From NCBI GenBank assembly GCA_001790815.1, contig MGDU01000023.1, positions 1-56,921 of the forward strand: a stretch of DNA of 56,921 nt, written 5' to 3'. Under the pieces are notes generated by a model. It ran no database searches and was not told the origin of the DNA. It saw only the letters and a list, made by a program, of their open reading frames with translations. The DNA is from Candidatus Uhrbacteria bacterium RIFCSPHIGHO2_02_FULL_46_47. GTDB taxonomy: Bacteria > Patescibacteriota > Patescibacteriia > GWA2-47-26. Shown here one piece after another: positions 8,160 to 16,785 of this stretch; position 1 is the stretch's first letter, and each line of letters begins with the position of its first letter. The position numbers and the translations under genes are program-made.

Positions 8160-10256
8160 TTATCTTTTTACGCGAGTGCCGTACCACCATGATCGTCTCA
8201 CATGTGGAGCTACGATACGGAGAAGTACGCGTGTTACTGTAATTGCGGAAAAAAGCGATACAATTACGCCAACCGAAAGCGTTAGTCCAAATCCTTTTAC
8301 CAAACTGGTGGAAAACCAGAATAAGATAAGCGCTCCGAAAAGCGTAGTCAAATGGCTATCGCGAATAGACGGCCAAGCCCGCTTAAATGCGTCTTCAATC
8401 GCGCTCTGTAATCCTTTTCCACTGCGCAACTCTTCTTTAAGGCGTTCAAACTGCAAAACATTGGCATCAACCGCCATCCCGATAGATAAAATAAATCCTG
8501 CAATGCCCGAAAGCGTAAGTGTCACGGGAATCAATTTAAAAAGCGCGAGTACGATTGTACTATAGATTATGAGCGCAAGCACCGCAAGAACTCCGGCAAA
8601 GCGATAATACAAAATCATGAAAATAGCTACCAGCGCAAATCCAATAAGCCCGGCTTTAAGTGATGCTTGAATCGATGCTTGCCCAAGCGTCGCACCAACT
8701 GTCTGCTGAGAAATCAAATTAATAGGTACAGGAAGCGCGCCGGCATTTAGCCGTTGCACCAAAATTTTTGCCTCTTTTACCGTAAAATTTCCGGTAATAA
8801 CTGCTTTCCCGTCAGTAATCGCGCTTTGTACGCGCGGAACAGAAATCGGCTCGCCATCAAGGAAAATCGCAACTAATTTTCCAAGATTTTTAGTAGTAAT
8901 ATCCGAAAATAATTTCTTTCCCTCATCATTAAACTCAAGACCGACTTCTGGAGTATTGGTATTTTGATCAAATTGCAACAGAGCACGCACTAAGTGTTTT
9001 CCGGAAAGTCCTGTATTTTTCCATGGCGTGGGCGGAGGCAGATAATCCGCCTCGGTCTTTTCCTTAATAAGCACGCGATTAACATTATACGCTTTAAGCG
9101 GGCGTTCCTCTATTTTATAAATGAGATGAAAACCGAATTGCGTTTCAACTACATCAGAAATCGTTCCATTTTGCATGGCAAATATAACGTCTTCAAACGG
9201 CTTAACCATCATACCCTTACCAAACCACCCCAAATCACCACTGCGCTCTGCCGCACCCGGCTCGGTAGAGTTTTCACGCGTGAGTTTTTCAAAATTATCC
9301 GGCGTGGCCTGTGCTTTTAATTCTTCGATTTTCTTGCGCGCCTCATCCTTGGAAGTATCGCGCTCGCAACGATCAGCGCCGCGGAAACAAATCAGCAGAT
9401 GCTGAGCATGCACTTCTTTACCCTTATCTTCAAATGATCTTACTTGAACAAAATTCCATCCCTCACTAGTCAAAATAGGATCAATAGTTATCTTGCCCGC
9501 GCCATTTTTATCTGCCCAAGCCCAAAGCTCTGGATAAGCGCTGGCACCCGTAATAAATCCAATGCTTCCGCCAAAATCTCTGGTCGTAATATCATCCGAA
9601 TATTTTTTAGCCAGCGCCATAAAATCAACTTCAGTTTCGGAAAGCAATGTTTTCTTCACTTCATCCACGCGCTTTTTTGCCTCCTTATTGTATTGCTCAA
9701 GATCGCGCTTTTCATCAATGGTCAGTTCGCGAGTCGGCTCGGGCGTGGATTCTTCTTTAAATTCCAAAACCGGCGTTTCTCCAATTTGCTTGATTGCGGC
9801 CTTTATATCTTTGACTCCCGCAAGCTCAACTACCACACGCCATGAATCTCCGGTTCGCGCGGTTTGCACCAACGGCTCGGCTACTCCAAACGCGTTCACT
9901 CGCCGCTCAATCACATCGCGCACGCCCTCTACTGCACTGTCACGCTCGCTTGAATCAATTTTTAATACATCCGCTTCATAAACCAAGTGCGCGCCACCCT
10001 GAAGATCAAGACCAAGTCTAAACGGCCGCTCAGGATAATGCCCCACACGCAGGGCCTGAGCTTGTCGAAGGCCCCATACATTAGTGTGCGGCACACGCTC
10101 AATCCACCCATTCACCTTATCCGCCGCCACATTCCAGGGTTTGGGATATACCAAGAGCCCAGTTAAAAGAGCGAGCAAAATAACAAAAAATAAGGCCCGG
10201 CGCACTCTCCCGCGCGGACTTGGATTAACCATCCCTTTCCACAACCTTTTAAACAT
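8160..10256 (-). CDS. secD: Protein translocase subunit SecD with inserted parvulin-type PPIase domains
   Basis: LGLDLQGG, IERRVNAFGVAEP, LNAGALPV, IGMAVDANVL. Insert with HAQHLLI...GDLGWF.KGMMVKPFE...ETQFGFHLI. Start probably 10256. Confidence 0.95.
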   Translation of the reverse strand: MFKRLWKGMVNPSPRGRVRRALFFVILLALLTGLLVYPKPWNVAADKVNGWIERVPHTNVWGLRQAQALRVGHYPERPFRLGLDLQGGAHLVYEADVLKIDSSERDSAVEGVRDVIERRVNAFGVAEPLVQTARTGDSWRVVVELAGVKDIKAAIKQIGETPVLEFKEESTPEPTRELTIDEKRDLEQYNKEAKKRVDEVKKTLLSETEVDFMALAKKYSDDITTRDFGGSIGFITGASAYPELWAWADKNGAGKITIDPILTSEGWNFVQVRSFEDKGKEVHAQHLLICFRGADRCERDTSKDEARKKIEELKAQATPDNFEKLTRENSTEPGAAERSGDLGWFGKGMMVKPFEDVIFAMQNGTISDVVETQFGFHLIYKIEERPLKAYNVNRVLIKEKTEADYLPPPTPWKNTGLSGKHLVRALLQFDQNTNTPEVGLEFNDEGKKLFSDITTKNLGKLVAIFLDGEPISVPRVQSAITDGKAVITGNFTVKEAKILVQRLNAGALPVPINLISQQTVGATLGQASIQASLKAGLIGFALVAIFMILYYRFAGVLAVLALIIYSTIVLALFKLIPVTLTLSGIAGFILSIGMAVDANVLQFERLKEELRSGKGLQSAIEDAFKRAWPSIRDSHLTTLFGALILFWFSTSLVKGFGLTLSVGVIVSLFSAITVTRVLLRIVAPHVRRSWWYGTRVKR

Positions 10257-10260
10257 AATC

Positions 10261-10360
10261 TTCAATGGTAGTCGCAGGTCTTTAGCCTGCGCAATTCGCT
10301 TCAATGGTAGTCGCAGGTCTTTAGCCTGCGCAATTCGCCGGCTGAAGACCGGCGGCTACA
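10261..10360. repeat. GTAG-type REP cluster with exact 39-bp tandem duplication (family G1)
   Basis: TTCAATGGTAGTCGCAGGTCTTTAGCCTGCGCAATTCGC at 10261-10299 and 10300-10338, then CGGCTGAAGACCGGCGGCTAC. Confidence 0.85.
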
Positions 10361-10393
10361 ATTATTGTGCCCAATATACACTACCTCTTAAAA

Positions 10394-11437
10394 TCACGCA
10401 AGCCGCCTCACAATCCCTTGCTCCGCATCTACCTCCAACCGATCACCGGTTTTTAATTGCTCCGTTGCAGTTTTAAGACCAACAACAGTTGGCACCTTTA
10501 GCTCGCGCGCCATAATTGCGGCATGGCAAGTTACACCGCCCTGATCAGTTACGATTGCTCGCACGCGTTTCAGATATGGCACGATGGTATAGCGCGTCAT
10601 AGAACATACCAGTATTGCGCCACGCGGGATGCGCTTAAAATCTTCCGCATTAAACGCCACATATGCCTTTCCCTTTACTTTTCCGGAATAAACAGTTTGA
10701 CCTTTGAATTCGCAAAACTGATCTGTAGCTTGAAAACGCAAAAATTCTTTGGCAAATATACGGTCCGCTTCACGATTCCAATATACGCGAGTCTTGCCAT
10801 TAAGAGTTAAAAGCGCACAGGTTTTCCGTTGTTTAAAATCTTTGGGAAACGTCTTTGTCAAAAGTACTGCTTGAACCTCGCTGGGTAAAAGTTTCATAGC
10901 ATCGCCCACTGGTATCCCTAGTAATGGTCCTAATCGTAAGCGATACATTGGCTCCAATTTAGCAAGTTGCCGCGCGGCATAATCCCTGTCTAAGCCAAAC
11001 CGGTAAATAAGATGTTTATTTTTCTGCACCCCCACCATCTCCGCCAATTCAGGAGTTTGGAAAACTGCACAAAATGTGCCCCATGCTTGATAAAATTTAT
11101 CAATGTTTTGCTCTAAATTTGCTCTGCTTGAGAATGTATTTTGGGTAATTGAGAGTAGATCATCTGCCGCAGATCGAATCGCTTTTCCCACTTGCTTAAC
11201 AAAATGCGGATTGAAATTTTTTTCCAAGAATATTTTTAATCCCTTAAGATCGGCAACGCCGCGGAGTGAATATTCAAATCCATTGATATAATAAAATAAG
11301 GTATTCCGAAATCGCCACCGCAAAGCTGAATTTTTTCCGCGCACATATCCCGCATTCACCAAAAATATATCAAACGGAAAAAACTCCACTTTGCGAATCA
11401 AATACCACCGCCCTACTTTTTGATATCCCATGTTCAT
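10394..11437 (-). CDS. PEP-utilizing enzyme mobile (phospho-His swivel) domain protein 1
   Basis: C-terminal ILVCSMT...IVTDQGGVTCHAAIMARELKVPTVVG...VDAEQG. No ATP-grasp domain. Confidence 0.88.
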   Translation of the reverse strand: MNMGYQKVGRWYLIRKVEFFPFDIFLVNAGYVRGKNSALRWRFRNTLFYYINGFEYSLRGVADLKGLKIFLEKNFNPHFVKQVGKAIRSAADDLLSITQNTFSSRANLEQNIDKFYQAWGTFCAVFQTPELAEMVGVQKNKHLIYRFGLDRDYAARQLAKLEPMYRLRLGPLLGIPVGDAMKLLPSEVQAVLLTKTFPKDFKQRKTCALLTLNGKTRVYWNREADRIFAKEFLRFQATDQFCEFKGQTVYSGKVKGKAYVAFNAEDFKRIPRGAILVCSMTRYTIVPYLKRVRAIVTDQGGVTCHAAIMARELKVPTVVGLKTATEQLKTGDRLEVDAEQGIVRRLA

Positions 11438-11450
11438 ACTTTACCTAGTC

Positions 11451-11479
11451 TTGACAGCGTGCTTATTTTGCTGTATTAT
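11451..11479 (+). promoter_or_regulatory. Sigma70 promoter TTGACA-N17-TATTAT
   Basis: Near-consensus hexamers with 17-bp spacer; GGAGG RBS at 11538-11542. Confidence 0.75.
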
Positions 11480-11547
11480 AGCATGTTAGTCCTGGAATTG
11501 GCAGTACAACCGAACGGCTAACGCCGTTCTTACTAGAGGAGGAAGCC

Positions 11548-12156
11548 GTGAGACAAATTTGGATTCCGCACCTGACGAAGATGTCCGTTGCCGAGGGACG
11601 CGAACGCTTCGGAGACGCGTTCGACCCCGCAGACCCGCCGCTTTCCAACAAGGCAAAGGAGGGAGCGGTACGGCTGACCGACGATCTGCAAAAGGCATTC
11701 GGATCGCCGACCATGATCTTCCACTCGCCCAAGCTCCGGTGCATGCAAACCGCCGCACCGGCGATCGAACGCTTTGGCCAGCATCACAAAGGCGGCGTGC
11801 TCGTGGTTTCGCTGAACACGCTGGCTCAGCCCGACTCCGGGGATGTGGACCCGAATCACCCCAATGCGCGGCCGGACGGATTGGTCATCTACGGCCCGCC
11901 TTCCACAGATCGGCAGTGGCTACAGTGGTTCGGGACCAGCTTCTGGACCATCCGCGCGCTTACGAGTGCGCAGGAAGGGACGATCTGGGTCTTCACTCAC
12001 CGGCCACTCGTCGCTTGCGCGCGCTGGGTGGCACAACGGAGATTCTGTCCACTCTCCAATGGAGAGACGATCGACGCCCTGGACAAGTCGCTCCTTCCGT
12101 ACTGCATCTTCAAGATCGACACGAACACGATTTGGAAGGAGGTTCCCCGAGAGTAG
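11548..12156 (+). CDS. Histidine-phosphatase-fold protein with degenerate RHG motif
   Basis: WIPH (for RHG), DPPLS, IFHSPKLRCMQTA, VFTH match the superfamily order. GTG start with SD; GC-rich. Confidence 0.65.
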   Translation: MRQIWIPHLTKMSVAEGRERFGDAFDPADPPLSNKAKEGAVRLTDDLQKAFGSPTMIFHSPKLRCMQTAAPAIERFGQHHKGGVLVVSLNTLAQPDSGDVDPNHPNARPDGLVIYGPPSTDRQWLQWFGTSFWTIRALTSAQEGTIWVFTHRPLVACARWVAQRRFCPLSNGETIDALDKSLLPYCIFKIDTNTIWKEVPRE

Positions 12157-12259
12157 TCTCACCGCACAGTTCACCTGTTTCGGCTCCGGCGTGCGCACTG
12201 CGCGCACCCGGGGCCGTATTATTTTCCCAGCACTTTCATATATGAAAGTGCTACCTGTT

Positions 12260-13291
12260 TCACAATTTCTTCACAACCCCCCTCTCCGCATCCACCTCCA
12301 CTCGATCACCATTTTTTAAAACTCTTGTCGCAAACCTCGTCCCAATTACACACGGTATCTTCATCTCGCGCGAAATAATTGCGGCATGCGAGGTAAGCCC
12401 GCCCTCATCAGTAACAATCGCGTCGGCATATTTCAGGAGTGGAACAAACTCGGGAGTCGTCATTGACGTTACAAGAATAAACCTCTCTCGCACCCTCACC
12501 CCCTTTGGATTGGAAATTATTTTCACTGATCCCCGTGCAGTACCGCGGCATGCGATTGTACCACGTAATTCGCGGACTTCCCTCACTCGCAACCTGCCAA
12601 GCTCCTTTTGAATAAACTGGTCTGCTTTCTTATCGGTTAAGATACGCTCCCCTCTTGCATCTCTATATACCACGGTTCGCTTTTGCCGTTCTTTATGCAG
12701 TTTTACTGCTTTCTGAAAATTCTTTGTCCGGAGCCCCTCTAAAAATTCCTGAGCAGTCAAGGATTTTATTGCTTCTTTAGGTACATGATATTTTCTTGCC
12801 AGTGTTTCCCAAACTTTTTCAAGTTCACTGCGAATCTCTGTCCAGGAATTTTTGAAATCCAGGCGCAGTTTGCCAACTTTCCAAAGAAAAGCGCGAGGTA
12901 GCTCATGCTCATACCCGATGATACGGGTAATCACCCGATAAGTAGTAAAAAGCCGGTATGCTCGGGCAAAATTCTCAAAAGGTACAACGAGAGACATGTT
13001 CTTCTTTGTAGCACGAGTGAGATCTTTAAGTGCGCGCCGCACGTTGCGCTGATACCGAGGAAGTTCTGCAAGAATGCAGGCCGCGGCTGTGCGATTAGAA
13101 ACTAAAACTTTTGTCTGGCGTTTCACTTCAGAAGTGAGCACATAAAAACTTGCCTCGCCATCTTCCATCAATAAAAAAGTACGACTGTAGGGTACGCCAA
13201 GCACCTCTCCAAGTTCATGAAGATCTCCATCGCACAAAAGCGAAGCATCCAAAATATACAAAGGCCTTTTCACGCTAAAAAACCAACGCAT
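12260..13291 (-). CDS. PEP-utilizing enzyme mobile domain protein 2
   Basis: ILVTSMTTPEFVPL...IVTDEGGLTSHAAIISREMKIPCVIG...VDAERG. Confidence 0.9.
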   Translation of the reverse strand: MRWFFSVKRPLYILDASLLCDGDLHELGEVLGVPYSRTFLLMEDGEASFYVLTSEVKRQTKVLVSNRTAAACILAELPRYQRNVRRALKDLTRATKKNMSLVVPFENFARAYRLFTTYRVITRIIGYEHELPRAFLWKVGKLRLDFKNSWTEIRSELEKVWETLARKYHVPKEAIKSLTAQEFLEGLRTKNFQKAVKLHKERQKRTVVYRDARGERILTDKKADQFIQKELGRLRVREVRELRGTIACRGTARGSVKIISNPKGVRVRERFILVTSMTTPEFVPLLKYADAIVTDEGGLTSHAAIISREMKIPCVIGTRFATRVLKNGDRVEVDAERGVVKKL

Positions 13292-13322
13292 AGAACTCTT
13301 TTGACTAGGAACTACGAATAGA

Positions 13323-13439
13323 TTATCTCACCTCATCCCGCTTTAAAATTTCCTCAATCACAAAACTCAGCTTCGGCTGCACAAACCTCCGCAAAAACTG
13401 ATGAATATTCTCGGTTGTGATTTCAAATCTACTCCCCAT
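13323..13439 (-). CDS. Possible 38-aa small protein
   Basis: MGSRFEITTENIHQFLRRFVQPKLSFVIEEILKRDEVR, preceded by AAGGAG. Too short for the track. Confidence 0.35.
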   Translation of the reverse strand: MGSRFEITTENIHQFLRRFVQPKLSFVIEEILKRDEVR

Positions 13440-13485
13440 ATTAAATTTTACTCCTTAACATATCTAATCCCCAAATCCTCAAACT

Positions 13486-13527
13486 AAACAAAAAGTTCCA
13501 TACTTGGAACTATGGAACTTTTTGTTT
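13486..13527. promoter_or_regulatory. Palindrome T, downstream copy (17-8-17)
   Basis: AAACAAAAAGTTCCATA-CTTGGAAC-TATGGAACTTTTTGTTT. Contains the stop of the TrpR-like gene; 36-bp core identical to 14221-14256. Confidence 0.85.
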
Positions 13528-14142
13528 GACTTTGCCAAGTTGCATTTCTTTTTCAAGTTGCTGCGGTTTGCGGGGGCTGGTACGTTCCACGCGAAATAGT
13601 GCTTCAAGATAGCGAAACACTTCGCGTTTGCCTTTCCCGGATCCACGCAAAATCTTCAGGGTCTCCAGCATTCGCTTCCGTTGACGGTTATTCGCCGCGC
13701 GCGCAATTTCCTCAAGAATACCTTGCGGCCAGAAATAAAGCGGATAGCGGCGTTTCAGGTGTGCCCAACTTCCCCACATCTCACCAGCATGAGCAGGTGG
13801 CTGCCAAAGTGGCACAGCCATGTCCTCCTTGGCAAGACCACGTGCCATAACCATCCGCAAACCTTCCCCGGCTTGCTGCAACCATAAATTCACGCGCGCG
13901 ATAGTTTGCTGACTCACCTTGAGTTCTTGCCGAATCTGTTCGTACTTTTTGCCTTTGAGTAGTTGCTTTGCGATCTGCAGCCGTTTTGCTACCATGCGCA
14001 GCTCTGGCTCTGATAGTAAATCACCAAGCACTCTGGCCGACTCCTTAAGATTTTTGACCATCACCATGGATTGACAGAGTTCGAGCAACACCCTTTGCTG
14101 TGCTTCTTTTTCAAGTTTTTGCCGGGGAGTAAATTTTGCCAT
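13510..14142 (-). CDS. TrpR-like (YerC/YecD family) DNA-binding protein with C-terminal extension
   Basis: LGDLLSEPELRMVAKRLQIAKQLLKGKKYEQIRQELKVSQQTIARVN helix-turn-helix. Confidence 0.85.
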   Translation of the reverse strand: MAKFTPRQKLEKEAQQRVLLELCQSMVMVKNLKESARVLGDLLSEPELRMVAKRLQIAKQLLKGKKYEQIRQELKVSQQTIARVNLWLQQAGEGLRMVMARGLAKEDMAVPLWQPPAHAGEMWGSWAHLKRRYPLYFWPQGILEEIARAANNRQRKRMLETLKILRGSGKGKREVFRYLEALFRVERTSPRKPQQLEKEMQLGKVKQKVP

Positions 14143-14163
14143 AAAAGAAGAGGGGGGGTAAAG

Positions 14164-14223
14164 TCACGTTATTGACGTTTTCACGTTATTGACAAGTATA
14201 CCATGCACTTCGGTTTTGAGCAA
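14164..14223 (-). promoter_or_regulatory. Promoter TTGCTC-N17-TATACT with downstream 13-bp direct repeats
   Basis: -10 at 14200-14195 and -35 at 14223-14218. TCACGTTATTGAC at 14164-14176 and 14181-14193. Confidence 0.55.
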
Positions 14224-14256
14224 AAAGTTCCATACTTGGAACTATGGAACTTTTTG
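14221..14256. promoter_or_regulatory. Palindrome T, upstream copy
   Basis: CAAAAAGTTCCATACTTGGAACTATGGAACTTTTTG, overlapping the predicted -35. Confidence 0.85.
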
Positions 14257-14302
14257 TCAAGTTTTCTTGGTGTTACCTTTTTTGCCCTGTATTTTCAGAA
14301 TA

Positions 14303-15070
14303 TTAAATGTGCTCCAACCAACGTGAGATAACACTCTTCAACTCTTCCAAATGCTCATTGGCGCGGAGGGTGTGTGGCGCTCCGGAAATGAGGTGGAGCT
14401 CTTTAGGGCCGGGCAGAGCTTCATACAGAATCTGTTGATGCTCAGGCGGTGTGGAATCATCATACTCGCCCACAATTAAAAGCACCAGCATGGTAAGTTT
14501 ATGAACTTCTGGCATCAGATCATATCTTAGCCGATCTTCCATATGCGACCATGGTAGACGTTTTACTTTTCCGGTTGATTTACTGATTTCTTCACGCCAC
14601 CCTGTTTCTTTCCATTTTCGCCACTCTTCATGCTTTTCATGCCCTTCCATACTCAACGCGCCGGACACCACCGTGGAAATCGGTGCTAGGGCTTTCACTT
14701 TTTCAGGATGTCGCTCCGCATATAATGCTATACAAAGTCCGCCTAAACTATGGCCTACAAGTACAAATGTCTCCTGATACCACGGCTGTGTACGCGCCCA
14801 GGCAATAACATCCTCCAAATCTTCATAGTAATTTGTGGTTGTGGCTAATTTATAATTTCCGTCACTTTCTCCAAAAGTATTGGTAGTATCAAAACGCACT
14901 GCGGTGTAGCCGTACTCTAAAAATGTCTCAGCCATTGCTTGTACATGTGGCTGCTCCTTAAATCCTCCCAGATCATGCATGATAATTGCCAACCCTTTGT
15001 GCGGCGTGGTTTCTTCCACAATTACCACCATTTTCTGCCCTTTGCGATTTTGAATAAATAATTTTTGCAT
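14303..15070 (-). CDS. Alpha/beta hydrolase
   Basis: GHSLGG nucleophile elbow, GEYDDSTP, GAPH. Confidence 0.9.
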   Translation of the reverse strand: MQKLFIQNRKGQKMVVIVEETTPHKGLAIIMHDLGGFKEQPHVQAMAETFLEYGYTAVRFDTTNTFGESDGNYKLATTTNYYEDLEDVIAWARTQPWYQETFVLVGHSLGGLCIALYAERHPEKVKALAPISTVVSGALSMEGHEKHEEWRKWKETGWREEISKSTGKVKRLPWSHMEDRLRYDLMPEVHKLTMLVLLIVGEYDDSTPPEHQQILYEALPGPKELHLISGAPHTLRANEHLEELKSVISRWLEHI

Positions 15071-15077
15071 ATACTTC

Positions 15078-15109
15078 TTAGTCTCCTAGTCGTGCGACTA
15101 AGAGACTAA
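15078..15109. promoter_or_regulatory. Palindrome R, copy downstream of arsR-like gene (15-2-15)
   Basis: TTAGTCTCCTAGTCG-TG-CGACTAAGAGACTAA, one mismatch. Confidence 0.8.
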
Positions 15110-15122
15110 CGCTACTCTGACT

Positions 15123-15386
15123 TTATTTTTTGAAATGTTTAAGCAACGACTGTAAAATCGGGTGCTGACGGTTGAGCGTGCACCATATCCAAAGCGAGGA
15201 CTGTTTGCGGCATATAAAATCACACTCTACTAATTTCTGAATATGCTTGGAGGTGCTTTTCAAGGATAACCCGATTCGTTTTGCAACGCGGTTTATTGGC
15301 AACGGCTCATGTTTGGCAAGTTCTTGCAAAATGCGCAACCGCCGCTCATTCGCCAACGCTTTGAGACATTTGGTCAATTCTTTCAT
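15123..15386 (-). CDS. ArsR/SmtB family transcriptional regulator
   Basis: LKALANERRLRILQEL...IAKRIGLSLKSTSKHIQKL winged HTH. Confidence 0.9.
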   Translation of the reverse strand: MKELTKCLKALANERRLRILQELAKHEPLPINRVAKRIGLSLKSTSKHIQKLVECDFICRKQSSLWIWCTLNRQHPILQSLLKHFKK

Positions 15387-15430
15387 ATGATGATGTAAAT
15401 AATACTACATTCTCGCATCCCTCATGATAA

Positions 15431-15489
15431 CATATGCCCAGCCACTCTCCTAGTCGCACGACTAGGAGAGTGGCACGACTAGGAGAGTG
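15431..15489. promoter_or_regulatory. Palindrome R (16-2-16) within a 45-bp direct repeat, plus duplicated half-site
   Basis: GCCACTCTCCTAGTCG-CA-CGACTAGGAGAGTGGC (15441-15474). 15431-15475 identical to 16235-16279; extra ACGACTAGGAGAGTG at 15475-15489. Confidence 0.88.
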
Positions 15490-15496
15490 ATAAATT

Positions 15497-16237
15497 TTAT
15501 GAGTCCCAATAAATCTGTCCAGTTCTATAAGCTTCCATATCGTCCGCCACTGTTGCAAACAGTGGCGTTGGCAAATTATTTAAATCATACCAATCCCATC
15601 CCACACATTTATCCGGCTCTAATACCTGTGGATTGCCGCTTTCCCAATCTACCGAAAGGCTGACATGCACATAGTGCTTTGGCGCATATGCTTTCATATT
15701 TAGCAAGCGTAAAAAGCGTATATTTTTTATTGCAATTCCAGTTTCTTCCTTTACTTCTCGTTTTGCGCAATCTGCGAATGATTCCATATAATCAAGATGT
15801 CCGCCAGGCCAAGCATACTCCCCATCCCCGTGCGAGCTTTTGCGCTTGCCAAGCAAAACTTTACCGTCTTTCCAAATCATCACTCCAATCCCTACCCGTG
15901 GCCGCGTATACGGATGATTGGCTGGCAATGTCGTCACTTCTAGTTCTGTAATAATCCGCTTTTCAAATTTACCACGCTCGTTTGCTTTGTGATCTTTTAT
16001 TTTTGCAATCGCCTGCGAAACCCATTTTCTATAATTGCAAATCGCATCTATTACCTCCAATACATCTGCCATTTCTTCTTGGTTTTCAGCTTCCAAAAAT
16101 TCCGCCACTTCTTCCTGCAATTTTTCCTTTAATTTCTGCTCATACTCCGCATCACTGGCAATATGCGTTACCAACACCTCACCTTTCTCCTTAATAATCT
16201 CCGGTATTTTATCCCGCACGAGTTTAGAATATTTCAT
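15497..16237 (-). CDS. Fusion of all-alpha NTP pyrophosphohydrolase (MazG/HisE-like) and Nudix hydrolase
   Basis: N: KLVRDKIPEII...KLQEEVAEF...EEMADVLEVI. C: PGGHLDYMESFADCAKREVKEETG Nudix box. Start 16237. Confidence 0.85.
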   Translation of the reverse strand: MKYSKLVRDKIPEIIKEKGEVLVTHIASDAEYEQKLKEKLQEEVAEFLEAENQEEMADVLEVIDAICNYRKWVSQAIAKIKDHKANERGKFEKRIITELEVTTLPANHPYTRPRVGIGVMIWKDGKVLLGKRKSSHGDGEYAWPGGHLDYMESFADCAKREVKEETGIAIKNIRFLRLLNMKAYAPKHYVHVSLSVDWESGNPQVLEPDKCVGWDWYDLNNLPTPLFATVADDMEAYRTGQIYWDS

Positions 16238-16279
16238 ATGCCCAGCCACTCTCCTAGTCGCACGACTAGGAGAGTGGCA
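16235..16279. promoter_or_regulatory. Palindrome R, third copy (45-bp direct repeat including the start codon)
   Basis: CATATGCCCAGCCACTCTCCTAGTCGCACGACTAGGAGAGTGGCA. Confidence 0.88.
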
Positions 16280-16326
16280 TATTTTATTTTAAAATATCGT
16301 CGCTGTGTTTCATGCTTTGATTATGG

Positions 16327-16758
16327 TTAAATGGCCATTTCAATGTATTTTAGGTTGCCCGGCATCAGGTGCAAACGCGCGGCCTCCTCTTTGGTGCACC
16401 ATTTAATCTCGGTTACTTCCGTATGCGAAGGAGTAGGGATACCGCTTACAATGCGGCATTCATAGCAAAGTACAATCACCTGAATTTTTTTATCATCCGC
16501 CCGATCCCAGGTGTTGGTATGCGCGTACGGCAACAGGCGCACGATTTCCACTTCGCATCCAATCTCCTCTTTTACTTCGCGTTTTATCGCCTCTTCCGGT
16601 GTTTCCCCAAACTCAATCCCGCCTCCGGGAAACTCCCAAATGCCAAAAGCCGCCGGAATATAATCCAGCCCGCGCTTTTGTACGAGCACGCGTCCCTGCG
16701 CGTCCTTGATAAGCGCAATCACGGCCACGATCGGTTCCTTGCAAATAACCGTTTCCAT
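16327..16758 (-). CDS. Nudix hydrolase (MutT-like)
   Basis: WEFPGGGIEFGETPEEAIKREVKEEIG. Confidence 0.92.
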   Translation of the reverse strand: METVICKEPIVAVIALIKDAQGRVLVQKRGLDYIPAAFGIWEFPGGGIEFGETPEEAIKREVKEEIGCEVEIVRLLPYAHTNTWDRADDKKIQVIVLCYECRIVSGIPTPSHTEVTEIKWCTKEEAARLHLMPGNLKYIEMAI

Positions 16759-16785
16759 AATTTATGATCTCATGCCGCGCGATTC

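Noticed and set aside
13489-14256. 36-bp palindromic repeat pair as a CRISPR array
   Set aside because: Only two copies, separated by a ~700-bp gene rather than a 25-45-bp spacer; no cas genes.
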